Part shown: in pieces, positions 1 through 12,967 of the stretch
How the letters are laid out: each line of letters begins with the position of its first letter
How positions within the stretch are numbered: the stretch's first letter is position 1
Assembly (NCBI GenBank): GCA_013265495.1
Contig: MU058252.1
Span: 1,894,244-1,958,243, forward strand
Direction: 5' to 3'
Length of the DNA: 64,000 bases
DNA from: Vicugna vicugna
Taxonomy: Eukaryota
Translations under genes and position numbers: made by a program
The notes under the pieces: generated by a model
Databases searched by the model: none
What the model saw: the letters and a program-made list of their open reading frames with translations, nothing else
What the model was told of the DNA's origin: nothing

Positions 1-1630
1 GCCTTCTCGTGCCATCGCATGGGGACTGTGTTTTCACCCAGTCCAGGAGAATGTGCCTGGTCCCACCAAACCACCCAGGTGCCAAAGCAGCGGGTGAACA
101 GCGGCGACCTTGAGACGGCCTTCCCCCACGGGTGTCCTGAGCAGCCCTGCCAGCCCACATCTGTGCTAACAGGTGTCGCAGGTCACATGTCTCACGTTTC
201 CTCCTCGGAGCATCAAGGTGAAGGCCGCCTGAGCAAAGGGCTAAGGTACGTGCAAATGCCCCTGCCGGTGGGTGCACGGTGTGGGGTGCTCTGTTATTCT
301 TGGCATGCTTGAAACAATCTGAGCTTTAAAAAATATAAAGCGTGCATTTCCAGTCACTCTGAAGGGGCGGGAAGAGGACAGTTTCTAGGAGCGTCTGCTG
401 TGCGTGTCTTGGGAGCCACCTGTCAACCTTCTGTCCCTTTCCAAGCACCCGTTTCTACTGCTCCTCTGCCTCACCTCTGCGTTCCCACCACTAATCTAAG
501 CATCAGTCAGCGAGAAGCAGCTTCACCAACACCAGGAACAGGTGTAGAAACGCAGAAAGCCGCGGTGGGGCCCCCTCTGATGTATTTGGGGTTAGATGCG
601 GCCCTTTCCCTGGGAGTGGTGCTGCAGGACGTGCTGGAAGGCAGAGGAAGGAAGACGGCTCAGGGCAGAAGCCCCGGCGGCGAAAACCACCACGCTTTGT
701 CCATCTGACACTCCGGTCCTTGGCTAATCATGACCCTGGGCTTTTAGACAATTTTTGATAATGAATATCAAAGGGGAGTAAAGATACTCACTTCTGAAAA
801 TCACCCCTGCCCTTGGTTTGCTAGAACTGAGAGGAAATTCACGTGTCTGGGGCCACACTGATCAGCTTTCGGGGCAGGTGATGGGCTGCTGACCTCGGTG
901 GGCAGAGGAGCTGTTAAAAGGCGCCAGTGGGGGCCGCCAGGCTTCCGCGACAACCCAGATGACACCCTCATAGGGACGTGAGGTGCTCACTTGCGTGACG
1001 TCCTCCCAGGAGCAACCATGCTCTGTTGTCTTGGTCCAGGTGTTGGGCCCCCTGGCAACCAATCGTTTGGATTCAGAGCTGTTTGCTGTGGGTCTCCTGT
1101 GCCTTCACAGGCGAGGAAAGGCAGCCATCACTGGGGCTGGTGGGTGTTTAGGCTGGCAAGACTGATCATGAGTGGGACCGATGGGGTCCCTCCTCCTGTG
1201 GACAAGCGAGTGACCCTGAAGATGGCTGTGTCTCGGGGATTAGGCTGAGGGCTGCAGCACTCTACAGGGGCCGAGAAAAGGAGCAACGAGTGATGGCTCC
1301 ACCAGACACAACTCCTGAACGTTGCCCTGTAGCTGGACCCAGGAGGAGGCATCGAGCAGATCTTTTGTGTATTCAGCTTCTTCATTTGGGAAGAGGGCGT
1401 GGGTCAGCGAAGTGGGGGCAGGGGCTGGCATGCTAGGAATATGTTCTAACTTTACTGGGTTTTAAGTGAGTCAAAGGAGGTGGCCTATGCTGTTTAAGAA
1501 GCCAGATGCTTCCAAAGCAAGTTCATCTAAGTCAATTGTCATTGCTTCTCCTCAGAAAGCAGAGACTTTCCTGGGAAATCATTATCAAGTTTAAACGTAC
1601 CAATCTTACACTCTGCAAAAGGTAATCTTT

Positions 1631-1991
1631 GCGTGATATGAACCAAAAGAAAAAGATGCAAATGAACTTATGTACAAAACAGAAACAGACACACAGACAT
1701 AGAAAACAAACTTATGGTGACCAGGAGGGAAGAGGGTGGGAAAGGATAAACTGGGAGATCGAGATTTGCAGAGACTAGCTACTACATATAAAATAGATAC
1801 ACAACAAGTTTCCGCTGTGTAGCACAGGGCACTACATTCAATATCTTGTAGTGACCTATAATGAAAAAGAGTATGAAAAGGAATGTATGTACATGGATGA
1901 CTGAAACATCGTGCTGTACACCAGAAATTGACACAACATTGTAAGCTGACTTTACTTCAGTTAAAAAAAAGGTAAAATTTGAAAAAAAAAA
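1631..1991 (+). mobile_element. LINE-1 3' end, 5'-truncated (cetartiodactyl/camelid type)
   Basis: Diagnostic L1 3'UTR text (aaatgaactta..acaaaacagaaacagac..cagacatagaaaacaaacttatgg; tgctgtacaccagaaattgacacaacattgta) followed by an A-rich tail. Confidence 0.9.
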
Positions 1992-3718
1992 GTGATCTCC
2001 AAATTGAACTCCATTATATGGTCTAAGGTTTTTTCTTATTAATTTTTCAATTGAATCATTGAGGTTTTAAAAAAATAAAAGCAAATTTGAGTATTATCTG
2101 TCAGGTATGCCTCCAAGTGTTTCAAGCTATTACCATAAAAATGCTATTTAAGTCATGAAAATTGTATTTTTTTGCATCAGAAATGCATATTTACCATATC
2201 CCATGAAAGTTTAATCAGTTAAATATTGTGAGCTTTTCATTCAACTATTGTGCAAATGAATCACGTATAGGGAAGTAGCTGGTGCTTATTTCTGTATCTA
2301 CATTAATGGGAAGATCTACATGCAGATGGCGTGGCTGGTGGAGCAGGAGGGCAGAGGCCAGCTGCACTCAACAGAAGGGACCACTGGAAGCCTGAGCTGG
2401 AATAACGGAAAAGTTTCAGAAATATGATGAGACTTGAGCACTCTGGTTCCTGACAAACGATACTGGACACTAATAACACGTCTAATTCCAGATAATCACA
2501 TTGCTACAAAGCATTGCTTGTCTCAGTGCGGAACTCAGCTTAGAAACCAGTCTCTCCAGCCAGCCCGTGGTCGCCAGCATCTTGATGTCACAAATGAGAC
2601 CAAGGTGTGCAGTCCCTGGCTTAGGGTCCCAGAGCCTCGTGCAGGTTCCCAGGTCCCTCGTTGCTGCGCCCTCTCATCTGGCAGCAACGTGTGGTTAACT
2701 CCCCCCACAACCCGGTCCATCTGAAACCTGGCCTCTGGGATCCCTCCCGACCACAGCCTGGAGCAGAGTGTCACGGGATCCTGACCCCCGGCGTTTCCCA
2801 GCTGAACTTTGAGTCAGAACTCAAAGTCAGGCCAGGGTCTTCTCTCTGGGGTCCTAATGCTGGATTCTCACCTTGTGTCCGGCTGTGACCCCAGTTCCCA
2901 GATGTCAGCCTCAGACACCTGCTCCCCCAAGTCCCCCGGGAGCCCGTGGTTCGGGGGGATGGGGCTGGATCACCTGTTCTGCTCCTGCCGGATTCGAGGC
3001 TGTGCTGGCCTCTGCTCTGCCTGATGTGCCTCCCCCTGCCCCCCCTCCCCGTACGCTCTTTATTGCACTGACTCCCTGGTTTCAGTTCCTGGAAACCTAA
3101 CTTCACATCCTTGATCCAAAGCCGATGGTCTGGTGTTACTTACTAATGGTCACCGTGCCTCCTGCTGACTAGCCAGCCGTGTTCACGGTTCTGAATCCCC
3201 CCGGGGTCTCCTGCCAGCAGGTTGATCCCGCCTCGCGAGCTGGACCCTGTTTGCAGGGAAGGCAGCTGCTGGCTTTCATTCTCACCTAAGCTTGGCTCCT
3301 CCGCAGCTCCATCGGGGTGTCCAGACTCTCCTCTACCCACAGCCTGCAGTGTTCCACTCTGCTCCCCACATGCAAGTCCGTCTATGGCTCTGACCACCAC
3401 GCTCCCTTTGCTTTCTGTCCTTTTAGACACCGCGGCTCATCCACGGGGCTCACCTGCCACAAGACCTAAGAGGGGAGTCACGCCGCAGCCGATGGGATAA
3501 AGAAAGGGGAGCCTTCCCTCTCCGCCCCGCCATCCTTAGCACCCTCCCCTCACAAGACAACAGTCTAACGGGGACCATCCAGAGAGCGCTCCCTGCTCTC
3601 ACCTAACCCAGCCGGTCCAGGCACTCCCTGTTTGCTCATCCTTCCTGTCCTCCAGTTTGTAGGGCCCTGTGCTCTGAAACCCAGACCTGGGGCTTTTTTG
3701 TCAACTGGTCTCCGTCTT

Positions 3719-3780
3719 TTTTTTTTTTAATTGAAGTCTAGTCAGTTTACAATGTTGTGTCCATTTCTGGTGGACTGGCT
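3719..3780 (-). mobile_element. Extremely truncated L1 3' tip (62 bp) with perfect 16-bp TSD
   Basis: Poly-T plus ttgaagtctagtcagtttacaatgttgtgtccatttctggtg, flanked by aactggtctccgtctt at 3703-3718 and 3781-3796. Confidence 0.92.
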
Positions 3781-3939
3781 AACTGGTCTCCGTCTTGATT
3801 CGGCCAGCGGGAGACTCGTGCGGGGCCCACCCCCGTTTCCCTGCTTCACGCAGTGTCTAGGGAAGTGCTGTTCTCCCAGCAGGTTTCCGTCCCTGCCAGA
3901 CAGCGCCTCGGTCTGTAAACCCAGCTCCGGTCCTCGGCT

Positions 3940-4180
3940 CCCCCTGAGACGACACCTCCTGAGGAACCGCACAGCTGGGAAACGGGGTAGGGGGGGCTCG
4001 CTACGACCACCTCCTCCCTTTGCGCCTCAGCCGAGGGCGGTGCTGGCTCCGCGGCGTCTGGTCTCTGGGCGGCCGCACGCTGCCCTCGCCGCCCGGGCTG
4101 ACGTCGCGACTGCCCGCTGCACCATCGGGCGTGCAGCAGCCTTCGGGGTGAGTGACGGCACACTCCACTACGCACCTAAA
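3940..4180. promoter_or_regulatory. Small CpG-dense segment, candidate promoter or enhancer
   Basis: About 23 CpGs in 3990-4180, GGGCGG boxes, near-CRE TGACGTCG at 4099-4106, and a GGG|GTGAGT donor-like site at 4148. Confidence 0.45.
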
Positions 4181-4756
4181 CTTTAAAATGGTGCAGCCTG
4201 TACTGCATACATCAACTTTAATTCGGCAGTTTCAGGAATATTAAAAATGCAAACAATGGTGTCTTTTAGAACAGCATCTCCAGTATGACGATGATTTCCT
4301 TTTGTGAAGATCGAATATGATCTGTCAATACTTGCGGGAACCCTCAGAACATTTCACGTGTTTAGTGCTATTCCTATTTTGCTTCTGAAAAATTTCCCAC
4401 TCCTCAAACTTACCAGAGCATAGCTACCTTTTTTACACTGCGTCTATTAACAGCCAGTGGAAAGATGCTTCCTGTAGTGCACACTGAGAAATATTAAGTC
4501 AACGTACGAAAAACACGGTTCATAGCAGAGCTCACATATCCCCCGTTTCTTTCCTTCTTTCTTTTCCTTCCTGCCAGACTGAGGCTGAGTTTTAAACCTT
4601 CAGTGGAGACCTGCTTCATCTCTGCTTTCAATGAATGAGAATTCCATTTTTATTTTTTCATGGAACTATGGACCATCAGGCCTGCGGGGAACAGCGGTAG
4701 GGAGAGGTCTGAGGCTGCCCCTGGGGTACACACGCCGTCTCCCACTGACCGAAGCT

Positions 4757-5120
4757 CTAATCTACGTGTTGTTTTGAAGGGACTTTGCAGATGTAATTAA
4801 GATCCCAGGTGGCCTGCAGGGACTGGAGCATCCCCCACTGACACCCAGCAAGGACACGGGACCTCAGTGCTGTGACTGCCAGGAACTGAGTCTGGTCACA
4901 ACCGTCTGGGCTCCAGACGAGGGTGCAGACCCCTGAGTGGAGAACCTGACCGTGGTCGGCCTGGGCTGTGACCTGCAGGGCTGTGAGCTGATGCAGGATG
5001 TAAGGGATCCAGATGCTAAATGCCAGGTCCTTCATCCAGGGTGGCTGTTACCATTTAACCTGCATTGTTTGGAGCTGCTAACTGTGTGGTGACTAGTTAC
5101 GTCACAACAGGAAAGTAACG
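4757..5120 (+). mobile_element. MaLR LTR (MLT1-type), decayed
   Basis: MLT1 hallmark agggactttgcagatgtaattaag and a 3' part resembling ..ctaactgtgtggtgactagttacgtcacaacaggaaagtaac. Confidence 0.7.
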
Positions 5121-5127
5121 CAGGGAC

Positions 5128-5200
5128 CACGTTTCCCTTTTTGTAGATGGGGAAGCTGAGGCCACGGGAAGCAACGTGGCGGCTCCTGGTTTCTCAGTTA
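5128..5200 (-). mobile_element. MIR fragment
   Basis: Core-like ccctttttgtagatggggaagctgaggc. Confidence 0.6.
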
Positions 5201-6049
5201 ACACCCGCGGCACCGGCCAGTCCCCAGACGTGGGGCCAGGTGCCCACACGGGGCTCTCTTATAAGGGACATTATTTTCTAAAGAAGAGGAAACACCTGGT
5301 TTCCCAGCAGATGAGTGGGATAAACTTGCTCACCTCCACTGCAAACCCCCTGAGGTGCAGAGTGGGGGCGCTCAGTGGAACCGGGAGCTGGGCCAGCCCT
5401 TCATGCTTCATTTATTTCATTCCCAACCTAAAAATCAGTGCAGCTGATGCAACTGCTTGCGCTCTGTCCTTGGCCCGAGCCAGGATGTGGCCGCCATTTG
5501 CCCACAATCCTGTTGCAAGGGCATCCAAGGCGCGGTGCTCCCGGTGGGGCGCCCCCTGTGGCTCTGGGACAGATGGCTCTGCACCGGCGAGGACACTCCT
5601 TCCCGGCTGCTGCAGCTCCAGCTGCTCGTCCTTCCAAACTCCCCCTTCCTAATCCGGCTTCCGACAAGAGGGTGCAGAGAGGATTTGGGCTCTGGGGGTA
5701 AACACCTTCTTCTCCTATTTCACTGTTTCCTGGTACCCCGGCTCCAAGGTTGGCCTCAGTAACTGGGCAGAAGAAGTTAATAACACCATGTGTCAATTCA
5801 CATGCACAGTCTGACTCTTTATGTGTAGGTCTGCCTACAGACAACTGGTCAACCTGGTATACATCCAGAAAATCACATTGTGAGGTTTAGAGTTTAAAAC
5901 CACTAACTCTGACTTGGGCTAAGCCAAATATACAGTTCTTCCTATAGGAAATGTTGCACTCCCATCATTGGGACAATGAGCCTTTCTAAGCATCTATTAC
6001 TATGCTATCTCGTCTTTGCTAGGTCCTTTAGAAGATGCCAGAGCAGAAA

Positions 6050-6812
6050 AATTAGGCATAAATCATCAGAGAAGTGCAAATCAAGCCACAACAGATATCC
6101 CCTTACACCTGTTACACAGGCTGTTATTTTAAAAAAAAAACAAAACAAAAGATAAATGTTGGCAAGGATGTGGAGAGAAGTGAGACATTGTCGAGAAGTG
6201 GTCCGCTGTCCATGGGAATGCAAATTGGTAAGGCCATTCTGGAAAACAGTATGGAGAAGTCTCAAAAAATTAAAAGCAGAACTACCATACGATCCAGCAA
6301 TCCCACTTCTAGGTATTTATCCAAAAGAAACAAAAACAGGATGTCAAAGACTCATCTGCATTCCTGTTTTACCGCAGCATTACTCACAACGGGTAAGACA
6401 TGAGAACAACCTAAATGTCCGTCAGTGGACGAATGGATAAAGAAGACGTGGTACACACACACAGGAGAACATTGTCTAGCCTTAACAAGAGGGAAATCCT
6501 ACCATTTGCAATAAGATAGATGGACCTGGAGGACATTATGCTACGTGAAATAAGCCAGACACAGAAAGACAAAGGCTGAATCGTCTCATTGTATGTGGAA
6601 TCTAAAAGAGTCAAACTCAGAGAAGCAGTGAGTAGAATGGTGGTTGCCAGGGGCTGGGGGAGAGTTTTTTGAGGAGGTATTGATCAAGGGGTGTACAGTT
6701 TCAGTTGTGCAAGAAGAAATTCTGGAGATCTAACGTACAGCATGGGGACCCTCGGTAACAATACTGTACTGTATACTTGACATTTGCAAAGAGGGGAGCT
6801 CCTAAGTGTTCT

Positions 6813-6857
<45 letters not shown>

Positions 6858-6965
6858 AGTAACTATGCAGGGTGATGGATGTATGAATTAGCTTGATTGT
6901 GTTAAGTCTTTCATAATGTATACAGTTTCATACCTTAAATATATACAATTAAAAAAGAAAAATAA
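6050..6965 (+). mobile_element. Older L1 (L1MA-class) ORF2 C-terminus and 3'UTR
   Basis: ORF 6156-6440 contains [39 protein letters not shown] (L1 ORF2 C-terminus), followed by an L1MA-like 3'UTR and A-rich tail. Confidence 0.9.
6816..6857. repeat. (CA)n microsatellite inside the L1 3'UTR
   Basis: Read directly; one interruption. Confidence 0.95.
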
Positions 6966-6999
6966 GATATAATTTCTATTTTTAAATATTCTGTAAAGA

Positions 7000-7660
7000 A
7001 TATGATCCAGTAATCCCACTCTTGGGCATATATCTGGAGGAAATGCTAATTCAAATAGATACATTCACCCCGATGTTCACAGCAGCACTATTTATACAAG
7101 CCAAGACATGGAAACAACCTTCTATAAACAGATGACCGGATAAAGATGCTGTGGTATATTTATACAATGGAATACTACTCAGCTATTAAAAAGAGAATGA
7201 AATAATGCCATTTGCAGCAACATGGATGGATCTGAAGATTGTCATTCTAAGTGAAGTAAGCCAGAAAGAGAAAGAAAAATACCATATGATACCACTCATA
7301 TGTGGAATCTAAAAAAAAAAAAGGGAAAAGAAGAAAGAAGACACTAATGAACTTATCTACAAAATAGAAACAGACTCACAGACATAGTAAACAAATCTAT
7401 AGTTAACCAGTGGAAAGCGGTGGGAAGGAATAAATTGGGTGTTCAAGAATTGCAAATATTAACTACTATAAATAAAATAGATAAAAAACCAAATTTATTC
7501 TGTATAACACAGGGAACTATATTCAGTATCTTGTAGTAATCTATAGTGGAAAAAAATATGAAAATGAATATTTGTATATATATGGATGACTGAAACGTTA
7601 TGCTGTACACCAGAAATTGACACATTATAACTGAATATACTTCAATAAAAAAGAATAAAA
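7000..7660 (+). mobile_element. L1 3' end (camelid type), just downstream of the older L1 tail
   Basis: atatgatccagtaatcccactcttgggcatatatc through ctgtacaccagaaattgacacattataac and an A-rich tail. Confidence 0.92.
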
Positions 7661-9360
7661 TACAGACTAAAGTTAAGTAACATAATTTGAAACATAGATA
7701 AAATCTACTACACAATGTCCCAAGCCGGAAGAATCATTGTCCGTTAAATTTGGGTGTTTTTGTTTTGAAGAATTAATATTCAATTCCAAAAGCCTATCTT
7801 TATTTAAGGTAGACATGTAGATAAATATATCCATTGGAGAAAATTTGAAAAGAACAGAAAAGTTTTGAGAAGGGAAAATTTCCCCTAACCCTTCCAGCCT
7901 TAGACACCAAAATGTAGCAACCAGAACAAGCTTGCAAAACTTTTCTTTTTGCCCATCACCCTAGTTTATTTCTTGTATCTGGACTACAATTTATACTCCA
8001 TCTGGTACTAAAACAGTTTTGAGACGTCTTAAAACTTAAGCCCAGAATGGAATACAAAACATGTTAAAATTATAATTCTCTTATTGTCCAGTAAAACTTT
8101 CTGGCTTGCTGTTAATTGATTTTATTATTCTTAGCTTTCTTGTTACAAAGGCAAAAGCGAAAAGCATTGATTTATATTTCTGCTACTTTCTGACGGCAAG
8201 CTTTCTGATTTATTTATCAGGCCTTTTCCTGTCACTGCATTCAGATAGGAGTGAGTTACAGAATACTGGGTAACAGGATAGACAATACATTTAAATACAG
8301 CTTTTGAAAACGCGCACACATCTTGTACAAATGCAAGACGGCACACCACGAAACTATCTTAGCTGCCTGCAAAATCGGTTTTACTAGGTTATGATACGGT
8401 CTGTGCTCATTGCAATCTAACGTTCTGGCTTCATCTAGCAAAAACACACAAAAAACCTATTAGGCTGTTAGCGAACATGAGTATTAGATAACCTTTCTCA
8501 GATACCAGACGTCTCACGTGGGCCTTCGGCTGGCATGGATTTCCATCTACTCAGATCTGAATTTTTTAGCAGGAGCCTGCAGCACAGAAATTCACTGGGG
8601 GCTCATTAACATAAGGGAGTCTTCGGTTTCCCACACCAGCCACGCATCTCAAAGGGCTGTCACTCTGATGTGTGGAATTAAAACCAGGTAGAGATCCAGT
8701 GGGCTGCAGGGGTACCTGCAGGACTGCAAAGTTACAGACTCTCCACTTTTTAGATGAAAACACTTTCTTACGCGATGGGCATCAGAAATCTGACCTTCAC
8801 ACATGTGGGGAGGATGTCTGCGGGAAAGCGCTAATCAGCTTCTCCTTGTTAACTTATTGACCGATTTTACTGATGCAGTTTGAACAAACTTGCTCCTTGG
8901 TAGGTCGCAAGAATGGGGAATTTACAAAACCCTTCACCCAGCAGTCTAATAAATTGGCCTGGGAGTGTGACTATTGATCATCGCCCACTTCAGTGTTACA
9001 GCACATACAGCTCTAACGGTTTAATTTTCATGTATTTGAGGCTGAGCAGCTCAGTTTACCTGAGTTGGCTTTGAATTTTAAGATATTAGGCATTGTTCCC
9101 AGTATATTGCTCTGAAAGGGAGAGCAGAGCTGTGGCTTCTATGAAAGCGGCCTTACCCCTCTCCTCACTCTGGAACGCAAGGAACAGAGACGGGCCTGGA
9201 GAGTCTCAGCTCTTGGGAGAAGCTGGGGCCCTTTTTGGAGCTAACTCCCTGGCAGTAATGCTGATGGGGGGTGCCCCTCCTCAGTAAGCTGCGCGGCGCT
9301 GCTCTGTGGGGCTGAACTTTACCTCGGAGAAAGCAGAAAGGCCTGTCAACAGAGCGACCC

Positions 9361-10070
9361 TGGAATGGAGAAAAGGGAGCCCTCCTACACTGCTGGTGGG
9401 AATGTAAATTGGTGAAGCCATTATGGAAAACAGCAGAGAGGTTTCTCAAAAACTAAAAATAGAGCTACCATAATACCCAACAATTCCACTCCTGGGCATA
9501 TATCTGAAAAAAACAAAAACACTAATTGAAAAGATACATGCGCCCCAATGTTCACAGCAGTATTATGTACAATAGCCAAGCTATGGAAGCAACCTGTGTC
9601 CATCGACATATGGATGGATCAAGAAGATCACACACACAATGGAATACTACTCAGCCATTAAAAAGAAGAACATTTTGCTCATTACAACAACATGGATGGA
9701 CTTAGAGGACATTATGCAAAGTGAAATAATTTAGAGACAAATACTGTATGATATCACTTGCATGTAGAATGTAAAAGACCCCAACAAACTCACGAATATA
9801 ACAAAAAAAGATGCAGACTCACAGATACAGAGAACAAAGTACTGGTTACCAGTGGGGAGAGAGAAGGGGCAAGGGGCAGCACAGGGGTGGGGCGTGGCAC
9901 AAACTATTAGGTATAAAATAAGCTACAAGGATATGTTGTGCAAATGGGGAATATAGCCAACATTTTATACTAACTCTAAATAGAGTATACCCTTTAAAAT
10001 TGTGAATCACTGTATTGTACAACTGTGACTTATATAATATTGTACAGCAACTATACTTTGATTTTAAAAA
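9361..10070 (+). mobile_element. L1 ORF2 end and 3'UTR (older cetartiodactyl subfamily)
   Basis: ggagaaaagggagccctcctacactgctggtgggaatgtaaattgg; 3'UTR aaactattaggtataaaataagctacaagg..caactatacttt. Confidence 0.9.
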
Positions 10071-12520
10071 GTGTTTGAATAATTGACTTCACTGTATAGG
10101 TAGATACATAAATTAGCTAAATTCCAAAAGCATTTTCAAAAATAAAATAATTTTCAAAATTTAAAATGATATATTAATATCATTGAAGCTAAATAAAATT
10201 CTTTATATTATTTTAATAAATACTAAAAACTAACAATGGCAGAATTAGTTGGCTTGGAACACAGACATTTCTTCTTTAGGGGCTGCAGCCCCAGTGATCA
10301 CAGAACAAACCCTGTGAAATGGAGGATATTCTCGGTTCTATTTCTTTTATTTTAAAATAAGCAAAAATATCAAACCAGATATTTTCACCGGTGCTTTTCA
10401 TTGCCTCTACTTTTACTAAATTACTAAATTACTACCATTTTTGATTTTCTCAAAAAATAATTTTTACAAGAAAAACCATATATAATTATTTGGAATATTG
10501 TCAAATTTGGATGCTAAAAATCATTGCCCTCCATTTTGTTCTATTCATTTAGCTATTCATTTATCAATCAAAAATGTTGAGATATTCCAAAATGCAATGA
10601 CAAAGTTTCGATTAAATTTTTCACACTACTGGAGATTTTTTCACTTAATGTATCCGGCCCCTTGCTTTTGAAGGGGTACGTTTCAGTGCCTCCTTCCTGA
10701 ATGCTTTGTTTTCAAGAATTACGATTCACTAAAAGGTGTAAAATCTAAAGTTATTCTTGTCTTATCTGGTGTTAAAAATTTTTGAATAAAAAGGAGTCCA
10801 CCTGACTTTGAAAAACATGCAGTCAAAATTCAGAGGATTCCTTTAGTCCTAGAACATGAGTTTAATACCATTACTTAGCTTGATTATATTCAGGTACATC
10901 AAAGGCTCACACAATTCTGCAGTAGGACTGATGGCAGCTTCAAAAAAAAAAAAACACGCTGCTACGCTAAAGTATTTTAATTATATCCAATGTCAGATTT
11001 TTCTCAAAATTTTTTGTAGTTCAGTTCCCTGACCCCTGACACCCACACACCCAAATAAGTTGCAGTGTTTTACCAGTCAAAATAGAAGCTGTCCAAACTT
11101 TATTAATTTATTAAGTTAGCAAAATTACTTTTATGATGTCGCTCTGCTCCACCAAAATTTATACTACCACCGCAAAGCCAAGTAATTTTATGTTTAGTGT
11201 TTACCTTCAAGTTGAATTTGGAATCGCATTCAAAACAGCACCAGCCATTTCCACTCGGACAGGATGAACACCCCACAGTTTGTCTTTCATTCCCGAATTG
11301 GAGGAGAAAAGTTGACCTACGATTGCAAGTGATGAAGCTGTTTCCTTTTGGACGGGGCTAATGACACTAGGACACAACGGTTGTCGCCCCACTATCTGAA
11401 GAGTTCTTGCGCTGCTTAATGGAGTCCCAACATTGATAGTCACGACCTGCGTTCTTACGCACACGGGAAACTTGGATGGGAAAATGGATGTGGCTCACTT
11501 AGAAGAACCGTCCTCTGATGAAGTGAAACTGCTTGGCAGAGTGAAAGGAAAATGCACCTTCTGTCCCTGTGAAGCCGCCACCTGGGGCCTCAGTCCTCTT
11601 AGGATACCTGCCAGGTGCGAGGTAGGTGCTGATTCCGCTTCGGGAGATTTGCCTGTTCTGGTTCCCCTGGCCAGGGATCTCATTCCGACCCCGAGACTGG
11701 GGCTGGACGTTGCCTCTGAACCCAAATCCAGTCCCAGATCTCTGGCACGGACCATTGGTTTGCCAGTTGGAATTCACCCAGATGACTGCTCTCCACTCCT
11801 GGCTGGAACGCCCCCTCTGTCTGGATTTCCCCCCACTTTTCGCCTTCCTAAACCACCCCACCTCCGGGGCTCTTCTCTGGGATCTCCCTGTAACTCCCTC
11901 CGGGCACCATCCGCTCACCACTCATGGGCTTGTGGATGCTCTGGCCTCCCTCCTTCCCTCAGCCATCGATCGCCACCTAGATTTTGCCTTTTCCCCCTGA
12001 TCAGCCTCAGTCACTGCAGTAAACCTCTGATTCCTGCTCACTTAGTGTGTGAAGAGAAGCTAGTTCAATCTGAGGAAATGGTTGGTAGACAAATAGGTTA
12101 ATAATTAATTTGAAGGGTTTGAGGTTTTTTTTTTTTTTTGGACAATGACAGGCCACTTTTAAAATCTGCTGTTCACAAATGCTGACTACTAAGTACCAAC
12201 AAAATCCTGCTTTCAGTGACCCTGAGATGTGCTGCAGGGGCCTGGCGACGGCTGTCCCTAAATAAGATGGGGATCCAGTGAACAGAACTTGGGTTGAAGA
12301 GTATTTCAGTTTACAGAGCACGTTCATAAATGTGCAGAAGCACATTCATTAGAAGCAGTAAGTAGGTCAAACTGGAAGCCATGCTGGCCAGACCCTGGGC
12401 TCTTAGTCCAAGGCTGATGGATGATCGTCTTGCAGACTTGGGGCTGGTGGGAGAACGGCTTGTTGAGATTACCAGAAAGGAAGGCCACCCCTAAAGCAAT
12501 CCACATCCCCTCGATCCTCC

Positions 12521-12967
12521 TCTACCAAGTGAAAAAGTGGAGAGGGCACTCAGTGAGGCTGAACAAATGGAAAGTCTGGAGTTGGAGCAGAGAAAGGGCC
12601 GAGCGAGGAGGACGGGGTGACCAAGACCAAGAAAACCCTGAGCTGCCTGCAGGGCTTCAGCAAAGCATATTTAGAGTCCAGGTGAGGGGGGACAGGTCAC
12701 AGGGTGCGTGATCAGCTCGTCAATCCTTTGATTGGCTGATGCTGAGGGAACAGGGCGGTCAGCACCATCAACCCCGAGGTGCCAGAAGGTCTGGGGGCCA
12801 CATGTTCTCTATCATCAAGTAGTTAATTTCTTCCCTTTGGTGGTGGTTTTAAGCATCTGAAAAATTCAGGAAATATGCTTGAGATGCGATGTATGATCTG
12901 GGTCAGAGAGGGGCTGCAGCAGAGGATACGGAGAAGGGAAGGTCCCACGGAGTCCTGCTCAGTTACA
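12521..12967 (-). mobile_element. ERV1-class solo LTR (cetartiodactyl type)
   Basis: Minus strand starts tgtaactgagcaggac; internal aaattaactacttgatgat, ccaatca and gagctgatcac motifs match a recalled LTR family. Low-coordinate boundary approximate. Confidence 0.75.

Noticed and set aside
10279..10292. Perfect 14-bp palindrome ggggctgcagcccc
   Set aside because: About four such palindromes are expected by chance in 64 kb (64000/4^7).
10080..10640. Possible hAT transposase remnant in AT-rich DNA (EIFQNAMTKFRLNFFTLL); similar thought for 33190-33480
   Set aside because: Resemblance is too weak and no terminal inverted repeats were seen; needs a Dfam search.
11433..12101. 222-aa plus-strand ORF and overlapping minus-strand ORFs (considered as retrogene or endogenous viral element)
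   Set aside because: Non-ATG start, Pro/Ser/Leu-rich low-information sequence, no domain I recognise, and no poly(A) plus TSD framing. A tBLASTx search would be the decisive test.
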